DNA of 43,684 nt from Halocafeteria seosinensis (Eukaryota). This document shows positions 1 through 11,555 of the stretch, piece by piece. Position 1 is the first letter of the stretch. Every line of letters begins with the position of its first letter. Below the pieces are notes generated by a model, which saw nothing but the letters and a program-made list of their open reading frames with translations, was not told where the DNA came from and did no database searches. Location of the stretch: contig LVLI01000630.1 of NCBI GenBank assembly GCA_001687465.1, positions 1 through 43,684 of the forward strand, given 5' to 3'. The position numbers were made by a program, and so were the translations under genes.

Positions 1-255
1 ATCTTCGATTGCGCCTAAGCTGTTCGGTGCAGCGGAGCAACTGCAGAATGCTGCGCAAGTGGTTGCATTTAGTAATGCCCAATACGGCGTATGATGGGAG
101 GCGTAGCCTCGGCTAACGGGTACTTACTATAGTTGAAGTTGAATACACACGACTTTTGGATTGGATTCAAGCTCCCCAAGGCCATTTAAAGGCTGCAGGT
201 GTAAGGTGAAAACGAGGGTTTATTCTTTGTGACCGACTGGTCAACCGCATGTGCG

Positions 256-1485
256 ATGGCGGAAGAAGCACCACAGCGCGAGGGGAAGCTGTCGCACTCG
301 CAACGTGAGCTATTAAGAGTTTATTTGCATACTTTCTACGCAAACCGTGTGTATAACAAGTTTGTGACCTCTACTTTCATAACTGAATTGGATGAATGGT
401 ATTATGTCGAACATGGCTACTTTCTACTGGGTCGCCAATTCCATATAGACAATGGACGCAAACGACCCATTCGATCAAAACTAGAGCGATTCGTGCTGGA
501 AGATGATGGGAAATCCATTGCTTCGCAGGCAGCCTGGAGTAAAATCACAATAGATTTACCCTTCAGTGGAGATCCTTACCTTCTGACGCTGCTTTTCGAA
601 AAGCTTCCCAACTACAGCGGCACTGTGTCGATCCCGAGCAGTATCTTGACAATGGGTGAGATTCCTACAAACGTTCAACACCTACAGGTTTTCACCGACA
701 CTAATCAGCAATGCAAGGACAAATCATTCGACAATCTCTATAGACTGAAATCATTATCTCTTTTAGGAATAGCGGACTTTGTGCGCTTCGGTAGTGGTTC
801 ATTGAGCTACGCTTCGAGATTGACCTCGTTGACAACATATTGGATGAGCAGGCTTAGCGATACTTTGTTGATGCATTTTTCAAATTTGAGAGAGCTAGAT
901 ATTAGAGGATGTAACCAATCGACGATTACGGACTCGCTGTTTCAACATCTATCTCAGTTGACTTCTCTTGGTATAGGAGAATGCAACCAAACAACGCTGT
1001 CCGACTGCGCACTGGCCGCACTGCCCGCCCTTGTCAGGTTGGACATTGATAGATGTTTTCAGACGACTCTGACGGACTTTGGGCTTAGACATGTGCCACA
1101 CCTGCGCTCATTGGACATGGAGGCGTGCTGTCAAGTGACGTTGACAGACCAAGCCTTTGCCCCCTTGTCGAACTTAACTTGGCTCAACATGGAACGGTGT
1201 AACCAAACTACGATTACTGATGCAGCATTCAAACACTTTACTAATTTGAGAGTACTCAATATGTCTCAATGCGACCAAACCACGATCACGGATGAGGCGT
1301 TCCGGCATTTGAGCCATGTGCAGAAATTGAACGTCGCAAGGTGTCGTCAAACGACAATAACGGATAATGCTTTTCTCCACTTGAGGGAGCTGCAGATCTT
1401 GCATCTGGGTCGCCATCTCCCGGGTACCGTAACTACAGCGGTGTTCCATTACCTTTCAGAAGTTCGTGTGCTGACTTGCGGATGA
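256..1485 (+). CDS. Intronless leucine-rich repeat protein (cysteine-containing LRRs)
   Basis: First ATG at 256 within ORF 229-1485. About eight 24-aa repeats LxxLxxLdxxxCxQtTiTDxaFxh in the C-terminal half. Confidence 0.85.
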   Translation: MAEEAPQREGKLSHSQRELLRVYLHTFYANRVYNKFVTSTFITELDEWYYVEHGYFLLGRQFHIDNGRKRPIRSKLERFVLEDDGKSIASQAAWSKITIDLPFSGDPYLLTLLFEKLPNYSGTVSIPSSILTMGEIPTNVQHLQVFTDTNQQCKDKSFDNLYRLKSLSLLGIADFVRFGSGSLSYASRLTSLTTYWMSRLSDTLLMHFSNLRELDIRGCNQSTITDSLFQHLSQLTSLGIGECNQTTLSDCALAALPALVRLDIDRCFQTTLTDFGLRHVPHLRSLDMEACCQVTLTDQAFAPLSNLTWLNMERCNQTTITDAAFKHFTNLRVLNMSQCDQTTITDEAFRHLSHVQKLNVARCRQTTITDNAFLHLRELQILHLGRHLPGTVTTAVFHYLSEVRVLTCG

Positions 1486-1746
1486 AGGCTAACCTTGGTG
1501 TCCGAGTGGAACTTCCTCGGAATTGCACGTAGACGGAAATGCCAAGTGGAAGGACTGAGATGGTGCGGTGCCTAAAGGGGCGGCAAACAAAACAAAGAAA
1601 CTCTAACCGAGCTGTAGCAAGAGTTAACTACATTGTACCAACATATACTGTAAGTCCTATGATTGACTACAGTCATCAGAGGGAGATGAACTGGTGTCAA
1701 ATAGCTACGACGAGCATGGCGCGTCCACAGGAAGTGCTAGGAGTGC

Positions 1747-2082
1747 TACTATTTGATATCGCTACGTGTGCAATACGTATAGGCGCAGTGGTAACTCCAT
1801 GTTGTTAATCTTAAACCACAACAAAGCATTGAGAGTTTCAAGACTGTACTACCATCGTTAAAACTAACTTGCAAAAACAATACATGGCTGGATGTATCAG
1901 TGGGATAAGTTTAACTCAGCAATCTTCGCTGTGTGTGGCGAAACTGTAGTTTACAAACATAAAACAATTTCGACAATATACCCTCGATTCTCATGCGGAA
2001 AAGCCGCGACTCTGACACACAGAAAGTCGTTTGAGCCCCAGAGGGCTTATACGTATTGCACACGTAGCGATATCAAATAGTA
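1747..2082. mobile_element. Non-autonomous DNA transposon (MITE), probably Tc1/mariner type
   Basis: Perfect 35-bp inverted repeat TACTATTTGATATCGCTACGTGTGCAATACGTATA at 1747-1781 and its reverse complement at 2048-2082. The outer TA on each side fits a TA target-site duplication. No credible internal ORF. Confidence 0.75.
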
Positions 2083-2172
2083 TTGTCTGGATACCTTCAA
2101 ATTTTGATATATCACAGTATTCCGATGTGTCGGAGAGCTTGATTCGGTGCAAAACGATAGAGAGCGAACGCA

Positions 2173-3221
2173 ATGGTGGACCAAAAAATTGAAGTCCCGG
2201 AGGGAATTACCAATTTATTGAAGAATTTAAGAGATCAGACGTCCAAAGATGCCGAGGAGGTGGTCCATACGAAATGGCCAGAGAAGATCATGCGCCTGAA
2301 TAAGCTACTAGAGCGCCAGGAGTTCCTGGAGCTGTCGAAACAGGACATTGAAAGGGTCGGCCAGCTCCCCGATTTGGCTGCCAAAGTCCTTAATGAATCC
2401 TCCAGTAATGGTACTTCCACATCCAATGCAACAGGCTCTTCTCCTTCGCGGCGGTCCAGTTCCAAGAAGCGCAAAGTGGTTTCTCAAGATGAGGGCGAAG
2501 AGGACGGTGGTACAACTAGAAGGCCGACCAAGGAAGAGGCTTCTGGTCCATTTGGCTCAGTGGATTGGTCAAAATTCGAAGGCGGCAAAGATGGGCCAGG
2601 TCCTGATATCCCATCTAATAAGGTATGTATCATGTGACCAGAACGGACAGGGAAAAGCGTCCGTGGGTGGTTGTAGTCGGATCAACGTCTCTCGTTTCCG
2701 CCCTGCAGAGAATCATCGAAATGATGGATATGCTCCGACATGAAGTTAAAGAAGCTGTGAGCGCCTTGGGAACTGTGAAAATGTGGATCCAATTATTAGT
2801 CCCTCGTATCGAAGACGGTAACAACTTTGGTGTTGAGGTGCAAGAAGAGATCATTTCAGAAGTGAGCCGTATCGAAGACTCGAGCTTCCAGGTACTGGAG
2901 AGTCTCTCCAAATATTTTGAGACCCGAAGCGAGCTAGTACAAAAGTATATCAAGCACCCGACCATTGGCGACTATCGGCAGGCCATATTGGAGTATGACG
3001 AAATGGAAATTCTGAATCTTAGAATGTGTGTCGTAGATCTTCGGTACGTTCCTAAATCGTGCGATATGGATAGAATCTAGTCGCTTGTCAATGCCTTGCT
3101 CTTTATCTTGTGATCTACTTCCAGAAACAACTACACTGTCATCTATGATATGCTGACAAAGAATATGGATAGGATCAAACGCCCTCGTGGGGTCACCAAT
3201 CCTCTCGACAGCATGTATTGA
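2173..3221 (+). CDS. PSME3: Proteasome activator PA28/REG (PSME3-like), 3 exons
   Basis: Exons 2173-2622, 2709-3043, 3125-3221 with GT-AG introns. Signature KMWIQLLVPRIEDGNNFGVEVQEE and C-terminal LRNNYTVIYDMLTKNMDRIKRPRG. Insert carries an NLS-like KKRK. Confidence 0.93.
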
Positions 3222-3234
3222 AGACTATGCGCTC

Positions 3235-4560
3235 TTAAGGGACTTCACTTTGTTTCTGCCACCAGATTTCATCTCCTCCTTTTCTGTCACTTGTGACAAG
3301 ACTCTTCCAAAATTGGTGCTGCTCTTCAATAATCTTTAATGCCGAATCTTTGCTGAACCAGTAATCCTGACTCTTTTTATCCGCCCAAGCGAATTCATTT
3401 GGGGGCTTACCATCAGGGATCTTGTAGTCCCGGAACCACACTCGAATGTCCTCCAGTTTCTTGCGATAGAAGGGAATCTTCTTCAGCGTGTGAACATCTG
3501 AGTAGTCAGCCAGTAATGTAAGACTGGCTAATCGACGGAAAAAAAATAAATAATCTCCTTTTTTAACGTACCGGTCCCATCATTGAGAACCTTGCTTCCC
3601 ACTGCAGCAGTGAGTATCTTCCAGTCCATTTCGTCCCCGTCGACCATACCCAAGGCTCCTAGGACTTTGACTGTGTATACTTCTCCTGTTGACACCTCAA
3701 ACTCGGAAATGTCAAGAACATCCAAAGGATCTGCGTTAGGAAAAATCACACACGGCGGGGTGAATAGTGACCACGACTTTTCATCTCATTCACCCGTACC
3801 ATTGTCTCCGGCCTTGTGTGTGACACTGTCTTTCTTGCTGGGATCTTCCCATGTTTGAGGAAAAGCTCCATAGTGAACCTCACTTGGGTCTGGATAATAC
3901 CGAAGTTTTTCCTTCTTTATATCTTGTATGATTGGGTTGTACACATGTTCCTTGTTGACCTCAAGCTTCGCTTTCGTTCTGTCATGGCAACACCGACAAA
4001 CGCCGTGAAACGCCGACGACGGAAACTGACGTAGAACAGGACAGTATACGTACCCTTTTGGGATTTCGCATACAAAGAGGAACTCATCCGACGGTACTTT
4101 GTGGTTGGATGTATGGGACTGGGAAGACAGTTGAACCCTAGGTCTTAGAGGGATATCATGCCAAGGAGATACCCTTCGATCCGGATCCCGTCGGATAAAA
4201 TACACTTTATAGTCAAAAGTGTCTGGTGTTCCAACGCGCTCTACCGTCTGCGTGGAGCAAAGAGCGCCAAGTAGCCACACGCTTCTTACAGCTATCCATA
4301 CAGGGACTGTAATTGATATAAAACTCACGTATTCAGGAGCGACGCGGCGTTCATTGGCTCCAAAATCAAGTTGTCCCGTGGATTTGATGACGGCAAAGAT
4401 CAGTAGCAGCGTCAGGCCTGCAGGCGCACACGCATAAGTCGTGTCTGCTTCATACAGGTCAAGAGAACTGTGGTATGGACGTACTTCCGGCTACAATGGC
4501 ACCCGTTTTGCCTTGCGCCGCCATTCCTCCAGAGGTTTGACTGGCCTCCTTCGGCGGCAT
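3235..4560 (-). CDS. Family I inorganic pyrophosphatase with N-terminal hydrophobic segment, about 6 exons
   Basis: Motifs SPWHDIPL, EIPKG-TKAKLE, YGAFPQTWEDP, GDN-DPLDV, DGDEMDWK and WFRDYKIPDGKP joined across GT-AG introns. 5' exons 4560-4485 and 4417-4329 splice in frame to 4247. Confidence 0.9.
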
Positions 4561-4926
4561 ACCCGTTCGTTCTTCCAGTTCTCGGGATCAGGCGATACTA
4601 TGGTCACTGAACAACAGCGGCCATGTTTTAGATTCTCAACAGAGCCTCTGTAATACTGTTTGCGAGCTCACCGAATATCGTGATTGATCTCGCATGACAG
4701 CCGACAATCATTTCTGCCACTCTTGTTGGGACCAAACAATCAATTCGCACACTGAGGCGGCCATCTGAAAGGGACACCCAACAGGGGAAACGCGAAGAGA
4801 ACAAAAAAGGGTATCTTTCTCGCTCCACGGAGTGGTTATTACAGAGACGTGTGTCGAATTGTATCACATACGCACTACTTTTTTTTTAGACCGTATGGGA
4901 TCCATCCAACCACCAGTAGAGTAAAA

Positions 4927-7918
4927 ATGTCCATGTTTAGAGGACTTACCAACTTTATCGCGGAAATCCGAAAATGTAAGCCCCACATCGACGCATTCCA
5001 CGGGTTCTTTTCATGCGTATTGAGCACTTTAATGACGTCTAATCGCCGATTTTCTAGCATAGACGTGTAGTTTATGGTCTGTAGCATGTGATATGCCAAT
5101 TGAATGTGTGATTGGACTGCTTGTGTGCGCAGGTAAGAACCGCGAAGAGGAGCAGATGCGTGTGGAAAAGGAGCTGGCCAATATTCGAAAGCACTTTACA
5201 GCCACTCGTATAAGCGATTATGACCGGAAAAAGTACACGTGGAAGCTCGTGTACATCCACATGCTCGGGTATGAAGTGGATTTCGGAACGACCGAAATGA
5301 TAAGCTTATTAGGAGGCAGCAAGTTCTCGGAGAAAGTGGCCGGATATCTTGCGGTGCAGGTTCTTTTGCATCAAAATGATGAGCAAATACACAGTGTGAT
5401 CGCCGCAATTAAGGCCGATTTGCGCTCAAATGTGGACAGTGTTCAAGGCGTTGCCCTTTCGTCGATTGGCAACATTGGAGGGAAAACCATGGCCCAAACA
5501 TTAGCCCCTGAAGTACTAGATCTTGCTCTTTCCAAAGCCAATTTCCCAGCTGTACGGCGCAAGGCCATTTTATGCCTCTTGCGTATGTATCGTGTAGATC
5601 ACACGGTGGTGCCAGTGGAGTCCTACGCAGAAAAGTTTATTGAACTNTTGAAAGACCGCGACATGACGGTTCGCCATGCTGCACTTGCACTTATCTTGGG
5701 GACGGCCAAGAAAAACGAGAAGTACTTCGAAAATGTCGTCCCTGTTTGCGTCAACCATTTGCGATCCCTGTGCCACAAGCAAGTACCAGAGACGTACATG
5801 TACCACCACACTCCGGCCCCTTGGTACCAGATAAAACTACTCCAGATACTACAGTTTTTCCAAGTACCAGACGACCCTACTACAAAAGATCAGCTCGAGG
5901 AGTGTCTACAACTCATTATGACAAATACAAAAGTTACTCGTAGCGTGAATCGGAACAATGCCGAACACAGTGTGCTGTTTGAAGCTGTCGATTTAATCAT
6001 ACATTACGGAGAGGATGGAGACAAGGATTTGCGAGAGCGCGCCGTGGACCACTTGAGCCGCTTTGTGCATATCAGGGAACCCAACATCCGCTATCTGGGG
6101 TTGGATGGAATGGCCAGGCTAGTTAAGCTAGAGGGTCCTACAGAGGGTTTGAAAAAGCACCAAGAGGCTATTTTTGTAAGTCTGAAGGACCCAGATATTT
6201 CAATCAGGAAAAGATCTTTGGATTTGCTGTTCCTCATGTGCGACAAAACTTCTTCCAGCAGTATTGTGAAGGAACTCCTCTCCTATTTGGTCACAGCCGA
6301 ATATGATATAAAGGAAGAAATGGTGCTCAAACTAGCGATTCTCGCGGAGAGATTTGCTCCAGATCTCCGTTGGTATGTCGATACAATGCTTCAGCTCATA
6401 GCTACTGCAGGAGATTTTGCTGCCGAGGAAATTTGGCACCGCATCGTTCAGATAGTTGTAAATAACAAGAATCTCCAGCGATATGCGGCGTGGAAGTTGT
6501 ATCAGTCACTCGAACTGCCTACCGCTCATGAAATGGCAGTGAAGGTTGGTGCATATATCCTAGGGGAGTACGGATTTTACCTCACCAGTGAGTGCCAGGC
6601 TCAGGCTCCCGATGGTGGAGCCGACACTACAATTGGCACCGTTTCTGTAGGTCAACAGTTTGATATGTTGCATCAGCACTTTGAGCGAGTGTCTAATGCC
6701 ACCAAGTGTATCATGCTCAACTCTTATGCCAAGATGCAAAACATGTTTCCCGAAGAGCTCAGAAGTAAGACTGTCCCGGTCTTCAATGCTTATTCGAAGG
6801 TCATCGATACGGAGCTGCAGCAGCGAGCAATAGAATACCTGAACTTGCCTAAAATTTCACAGGATACGGTCGCTCATGTCTTGGCAATGATGCCGGAGTA
6901 TCCTGAGAGTGAACTGACCAGTCTAGACAGGAAGCTAAAGAGTGGAACAGCCGGCGATGACGAAGAGGAAGAGGAAGAGGAGGACGAAGAAGAAGACGAT
7001 GAATCATCACATCGGGGAAGAGGAAAGAGTCAAGTGGAAGAAAACAATGATGAGGAGCTTATCCCAGATCTTGTAGGCGGCTCCGAACAAAGCACCAACG
7101 CGTATCGTCCAGCTCAATCCTCAGGACCGTCAGAAGAGAATTTGCCCACCAAAGCGTCAAACAAAATTGGAGTAGAGGACTCTGGTAATGCACGAAAGAA
7201 GTGGTTAATGGACTTGATGGTAAAGCCTGGTGGTGTTCTGTACCAAGACTCGTACGTACAAATGGGTGTGAAAATGCAGTTTGACGGGTATCAGGGGCAA
7301 ATAAAGCTGTTCATCGGTAATAGAACTGGTAGTCCCTTCAACATGCTTAAAATAAGGGTTCCAGAGCATGAGGGGTTGAAAGCTACTGTAGGAGAAACTC
7401 CAAAAGTCGTCGGTGCGAATAAGCAAGTTCAAATTCCGATAACAGTCGATTGTTTTAAACCGTTCTCGAAACCGGCACCTCTTCAGGTTTCGTTCTTGTC
7501 CTTCCCGGAGAACGGACATGCCTACTCTCTGCACTTGCCTGCATTTGTAACCCATTTTATGGAACCGGCTTCGCTTCCACCACAGAAGTTCGACCAAATT
7601 TGGGGAACGCTATCCGAAAATCCCAAGCAACAGAGCACTTCCTTTTCGGCCCCGCCTTCTACTGATATGGAAAAATTGAAGTGGCTCACTGGAGCCCTTG
7701 GCTTTGGCACAATACGCGAGAGTGGGTCCTTGCAATGCGCCGGAACGTTCCGAACATCCACGAAAAATAACTCGGGTCAGCTGATTTCAATTGGTTGTTT
7801 GATGGAGTTAAGCCTCGGACCCGGTGGTGACGTTCGAGTGGATGTACGAACCAAGCATCAACTGGTCACTCAAGCATTGGTCAAAGCCCTGAACAATTGC
7901 CCAGTAGTGCTGCAGTAG
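4927..7918 (+). CDS. AP2A: AP-2 complex subunit alpha (alpha-adaptin), 2 exons
   Basis: Exon 4927-4975 (MSMFRGLTNFIAEIRK), intron 4976-5132, exon 5133-7918 with RVEKELANIR, KKYTWKLVYIHMLGY, PAPWYQIKLL, EPNIRYLGL, an acidic hinge and an appendage domain. One ambiguous N at 5647. Confidence 0.95.
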
Positions 7919-8579
7919 CTGCCTTTTGCTGAATGAAGGTGCACCCATATAGCCGTAATTTGTGGAGTCGTATCCCTTTCTAATCGAATAGATTATGATA
8001 ATGAAGCACATAGCGAAATCAAGGCGTTCAATGCTCTTCTCTTTGGAGCGTAGAACTGCTGAAGTTGTTATCAAGTTTTTTCAACAGTGTGGTGTTGTTG
8101 CATTGCATGAATGTGTGCCGCTCCTCCAGCGCTTTCTGAACCGTATGCACGAATACGGAGAATGATTGGATGTAGCCAGTCAGAAGTGACGACACACAAT
8201 TTATAGTATGTAGACATGAAAGTGATGAAACGGACTAAATACTGGGCTCCCAGCCCGGACAGGTCGGTTGGTCCACATGCAGAGAGAGGATTGTAACTAG
8301 CATGAGCTACACAAACTTTTACATCTCTTCGATGTATATATGCGTGTTTATAGGGTATTGTAAATACTTGCAGGGCTGCTTGAAGAAAAGAAAACGTATC
8401 TACATTGATTGACCTGGTGTTCAACGGTACTCTTGATTCCAAAACACATAGTTGTTTCTAACAGATGCACACTGCTCACGCAAACAGGAACAGAAGAAAA
8501 GCTAGCTACATATCGGACTCTGTGCGGTACCGTAACAACAAGATCAAAACCTGAAGCTAAATCCAAGGAAACAACCTCT

Positions 8580-9811
8580 ATGATGGACGAAAAGAGTATG
8601 CTTGCTAGAATTAAACGATTGGACGCTGAAATGCCATACTTTAAGGGAAATAGCGTGGAACGAGACCTTCGTTCTCAAGTACAATCTCAATTTGGAGACA
8701 GGTTTGGGAGATGCTTCACCATAAAAGGACTCGGTGGACTCTCTCATCTTATTGGAGCGCAGAAAGATCCAAGCACATATTTCCCCACAGAGCATCCCAT
8801 TATCCACGAAGAATTGTCTGATTTGAATTTGATGAGTGCAAGTGCGCGACATTTGGCTTTTTCAATGATCATGGACGGTCGTTTCTATCGTCTGATTTGC
8901 TGGGCTTTGAGTGACCAACTGCTCCCGTGTGGCGAAGGAACTACAGTAGTATGGACTACTTGAATCCAGACAACATACCGTCTAAAGATATTAGAATGGA
9001 TAGTGAAGATATTAGAGTGGATAGTGATGAAGCATTCAAGGAACAACTCAAAACAAAAAGTGAACGTATAAGGAATGAAATTGGTAGCTCAAACAAGAAG
9101 AACCGATATTTCCTTAAACGCAAGCTGTTTATTGTCCAAAATTTATTGAAGAAGTTTGGTCGGGACGCTCGTTACATTTTTCTAGAAGAGGTGAGGCTTC
9201 GTCGGTATTGCGAGAGCGGGGAGTCTCCCGCAAAAAGATTTTTAATGAAGGTTTCAGCTGATTTCTTTGGGCACCGGAACTCAGAGGAATGTTTGCGTTC
9301 GTGGTATATTGACTTTTTTCCCCGAATACGGAAGAATGATGACTTCGGGGAGTTTGAGGAGGCGTTTTGTGAATGGTGGTCCAAAGTTGCGACGACACCG
9401 ATATTGCTAACAGACAATGGACTCGCTATGATGGCATTCTGTTTTGATAAATCTATATATCAAATACGGGGTCGCCTTTTGCACGATTTGGAACTAGATT
9501 GTCGTGGCAGTATCCGCCAGATAAGTGAATCCACAAGTGGTGTCACCAATACTCTTCTGCTTACTCTGGGAGAAATCAAGTCATCTGTCGCTGGTGTACA
9601 AGGTGCTAAGGATCAACTGAGGGAACGCATTATGGTCTTGAGTAAAGCCTTCTTCGCAGATACCACCAGTTCAAGTAATCCAAAACCTGTCCGAGCAACG
9701 GGATATGTGTTTGTGAACAAGTCTCCTATGAGTGCTCCGTATTATGAAGTAATTGAGAACCCGTCAGACGATCCCCTCATCCGCATTGTTATTACAGTGT
9801 TACATGCGTAA
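8580..9811 (+). CDS. Hypothetical protein, probably 2 exons, with a degenerate Myb/SANT-like segment
   Basis: Overlapping ORFs 8409-8963 and 8927-9811 can be joined by a plausible intron near 8840-8969. Start codon and splice sites are uncertain. Confidence 0.5.
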
Positions 9812-11555
9812 TTCTTTATCAAAATGTGGGGACTCATGGGCTTCATTTGTTTTGAGGGTGTGGTGTACGGAGCGCTGTAGAATAATAACTTAAATGACAA
9901 ACTGTAGGGGCAACGTATGTGCGACTAGTTTTCTGTACAATGGCGGTGGCTATTAGGCCGTCGTTCTGGTGTGATCCGCCTGATGGTCATATTCTTGGGA
10001 GTGACTCCGAGTGAGGAACTGATTGCTAAATGTTCAAGAGTGTCATTTTTGCGACCGGAAAAGGATGCAAAGAAAGGGCGTACTCTTCGGAATCCCCAAC
10101 CTGTGCTGCTCACACACCGATCCGTTGCCTACCTCCGAAGTAAGCAGCAGCAAGCAGGATTTCCAGACTCCCCGGGACCCAAAAAAGCTGCGGACGACTG
10201 ATTGCTGGAGCCGATAGGCACAGTTGAGGATCGCTTGGCAGTGTTACTGCTGTTAGCAGTCGTGAGGAAACCTGGAAGTGCATCCTTCGAAATGTTGAAA
10301 AGTTCGCGCGACTTTAGAACGTTGACGACTTATGGTGTAGCTCGCCACAATTGCCACATCTGTGTATACTAGTTTTTTGCATTGCTCTGATGCACTTTTG
10401 ATTTGTATGTCACCACATAGCCTCCCTAGTGGCGCTGTCTACAATGCTTGTCTACAGTACTGTATTGGTGTCCTGTGGCGTAGAGATATGTTGTACATGA
10501 CTCTGTAGCATAGATGTTGAACAAGTTGAGAAAATACACACTTTTTTATAGCTCTGGAAAAGCTTCCGAAGTTCGCATTTACTATAGAGATATCCAGATG
10601 TACGTTGCTTCCTGGCCACAGATCGTGGCTCCAGGGGTCAAATTTCTGTAGGATTCCCGACAGATAATTCGTCAGTGGTCACCTAATTGGAAGTCCAGAC
10701 GTCCGTTTCAGACTTTACCAGCGGTTAGCGCCCATTACTGAACGGTTAATAGTTTGCGTTTATCAATAAGCCAGTACGATCCGCTGGGAGAAAGGAGTTA
10801 CTAGAGGTCCGTCGACTTCTTAGAACGTCACGCGCGCGACTCGCTGGAATGAGCGATACTAACGCACACACATGAGGACTTCAAGCTACATTTTCCTTCC
10901 GGCGTCCTTTTGTTGTCAAAGCCTGATTTACCGTAGGAATTTTAGGCGGGAACTGTCAGAGGACTGGTCGCCGACCGAAGTGTATCTATATAGTGCAACG
11001 GATAACTTCAGCCTCTATAAGTACGTGCGTCCTCAATTGAACGGTGGAACCAGGAAACGTTCATTTAGGATGAACAGTATTGGGTTGGTGCGGCGACACC
11101 AATAATTTAGAGATGTGTTATAGATAAGAAGAACAAAAAAAAACCGGGTCGATGTGACCGATCGAGATGCCGGAAGGAAGTTTCAGCAGGCCATGCGAGT
11201 CGCTGCGACCAGACCACCACTCTTTTCGGTCGCAGAGTTCCCCACCATATACAGGACATACATGTTCACCGAGGGCTAGGATTGACGCTTAAATGTAAGA
11301 CAACAGCTGTCCCCTCTGAGCAAATTTTCATATTTATCGTAGTTTCACATCTTTTCCCCCGTTGAGAGCAAACCTTAAATAAGGTTAGGGTTGTGTTTGA
11401 ATCCCACCGAGGAATCGAGGACGGAATTTTACGATTTTGGTTCAACTGGCACTAACCACGAGTACGCGAAGATAATACCAGGTACTATCGATCATTGCGC
11501 AACGTTTGGTACCATCACCACTATGATCAATGCACTATCGGACCTGATTTTGCAG

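Noticed and set aside
5641..5650. X residue in the AP-2 alpha translation
   Set aside because: Ambiguous base at a third codon position (CTN is Leu); a sequencing ambiguity, not recoding.
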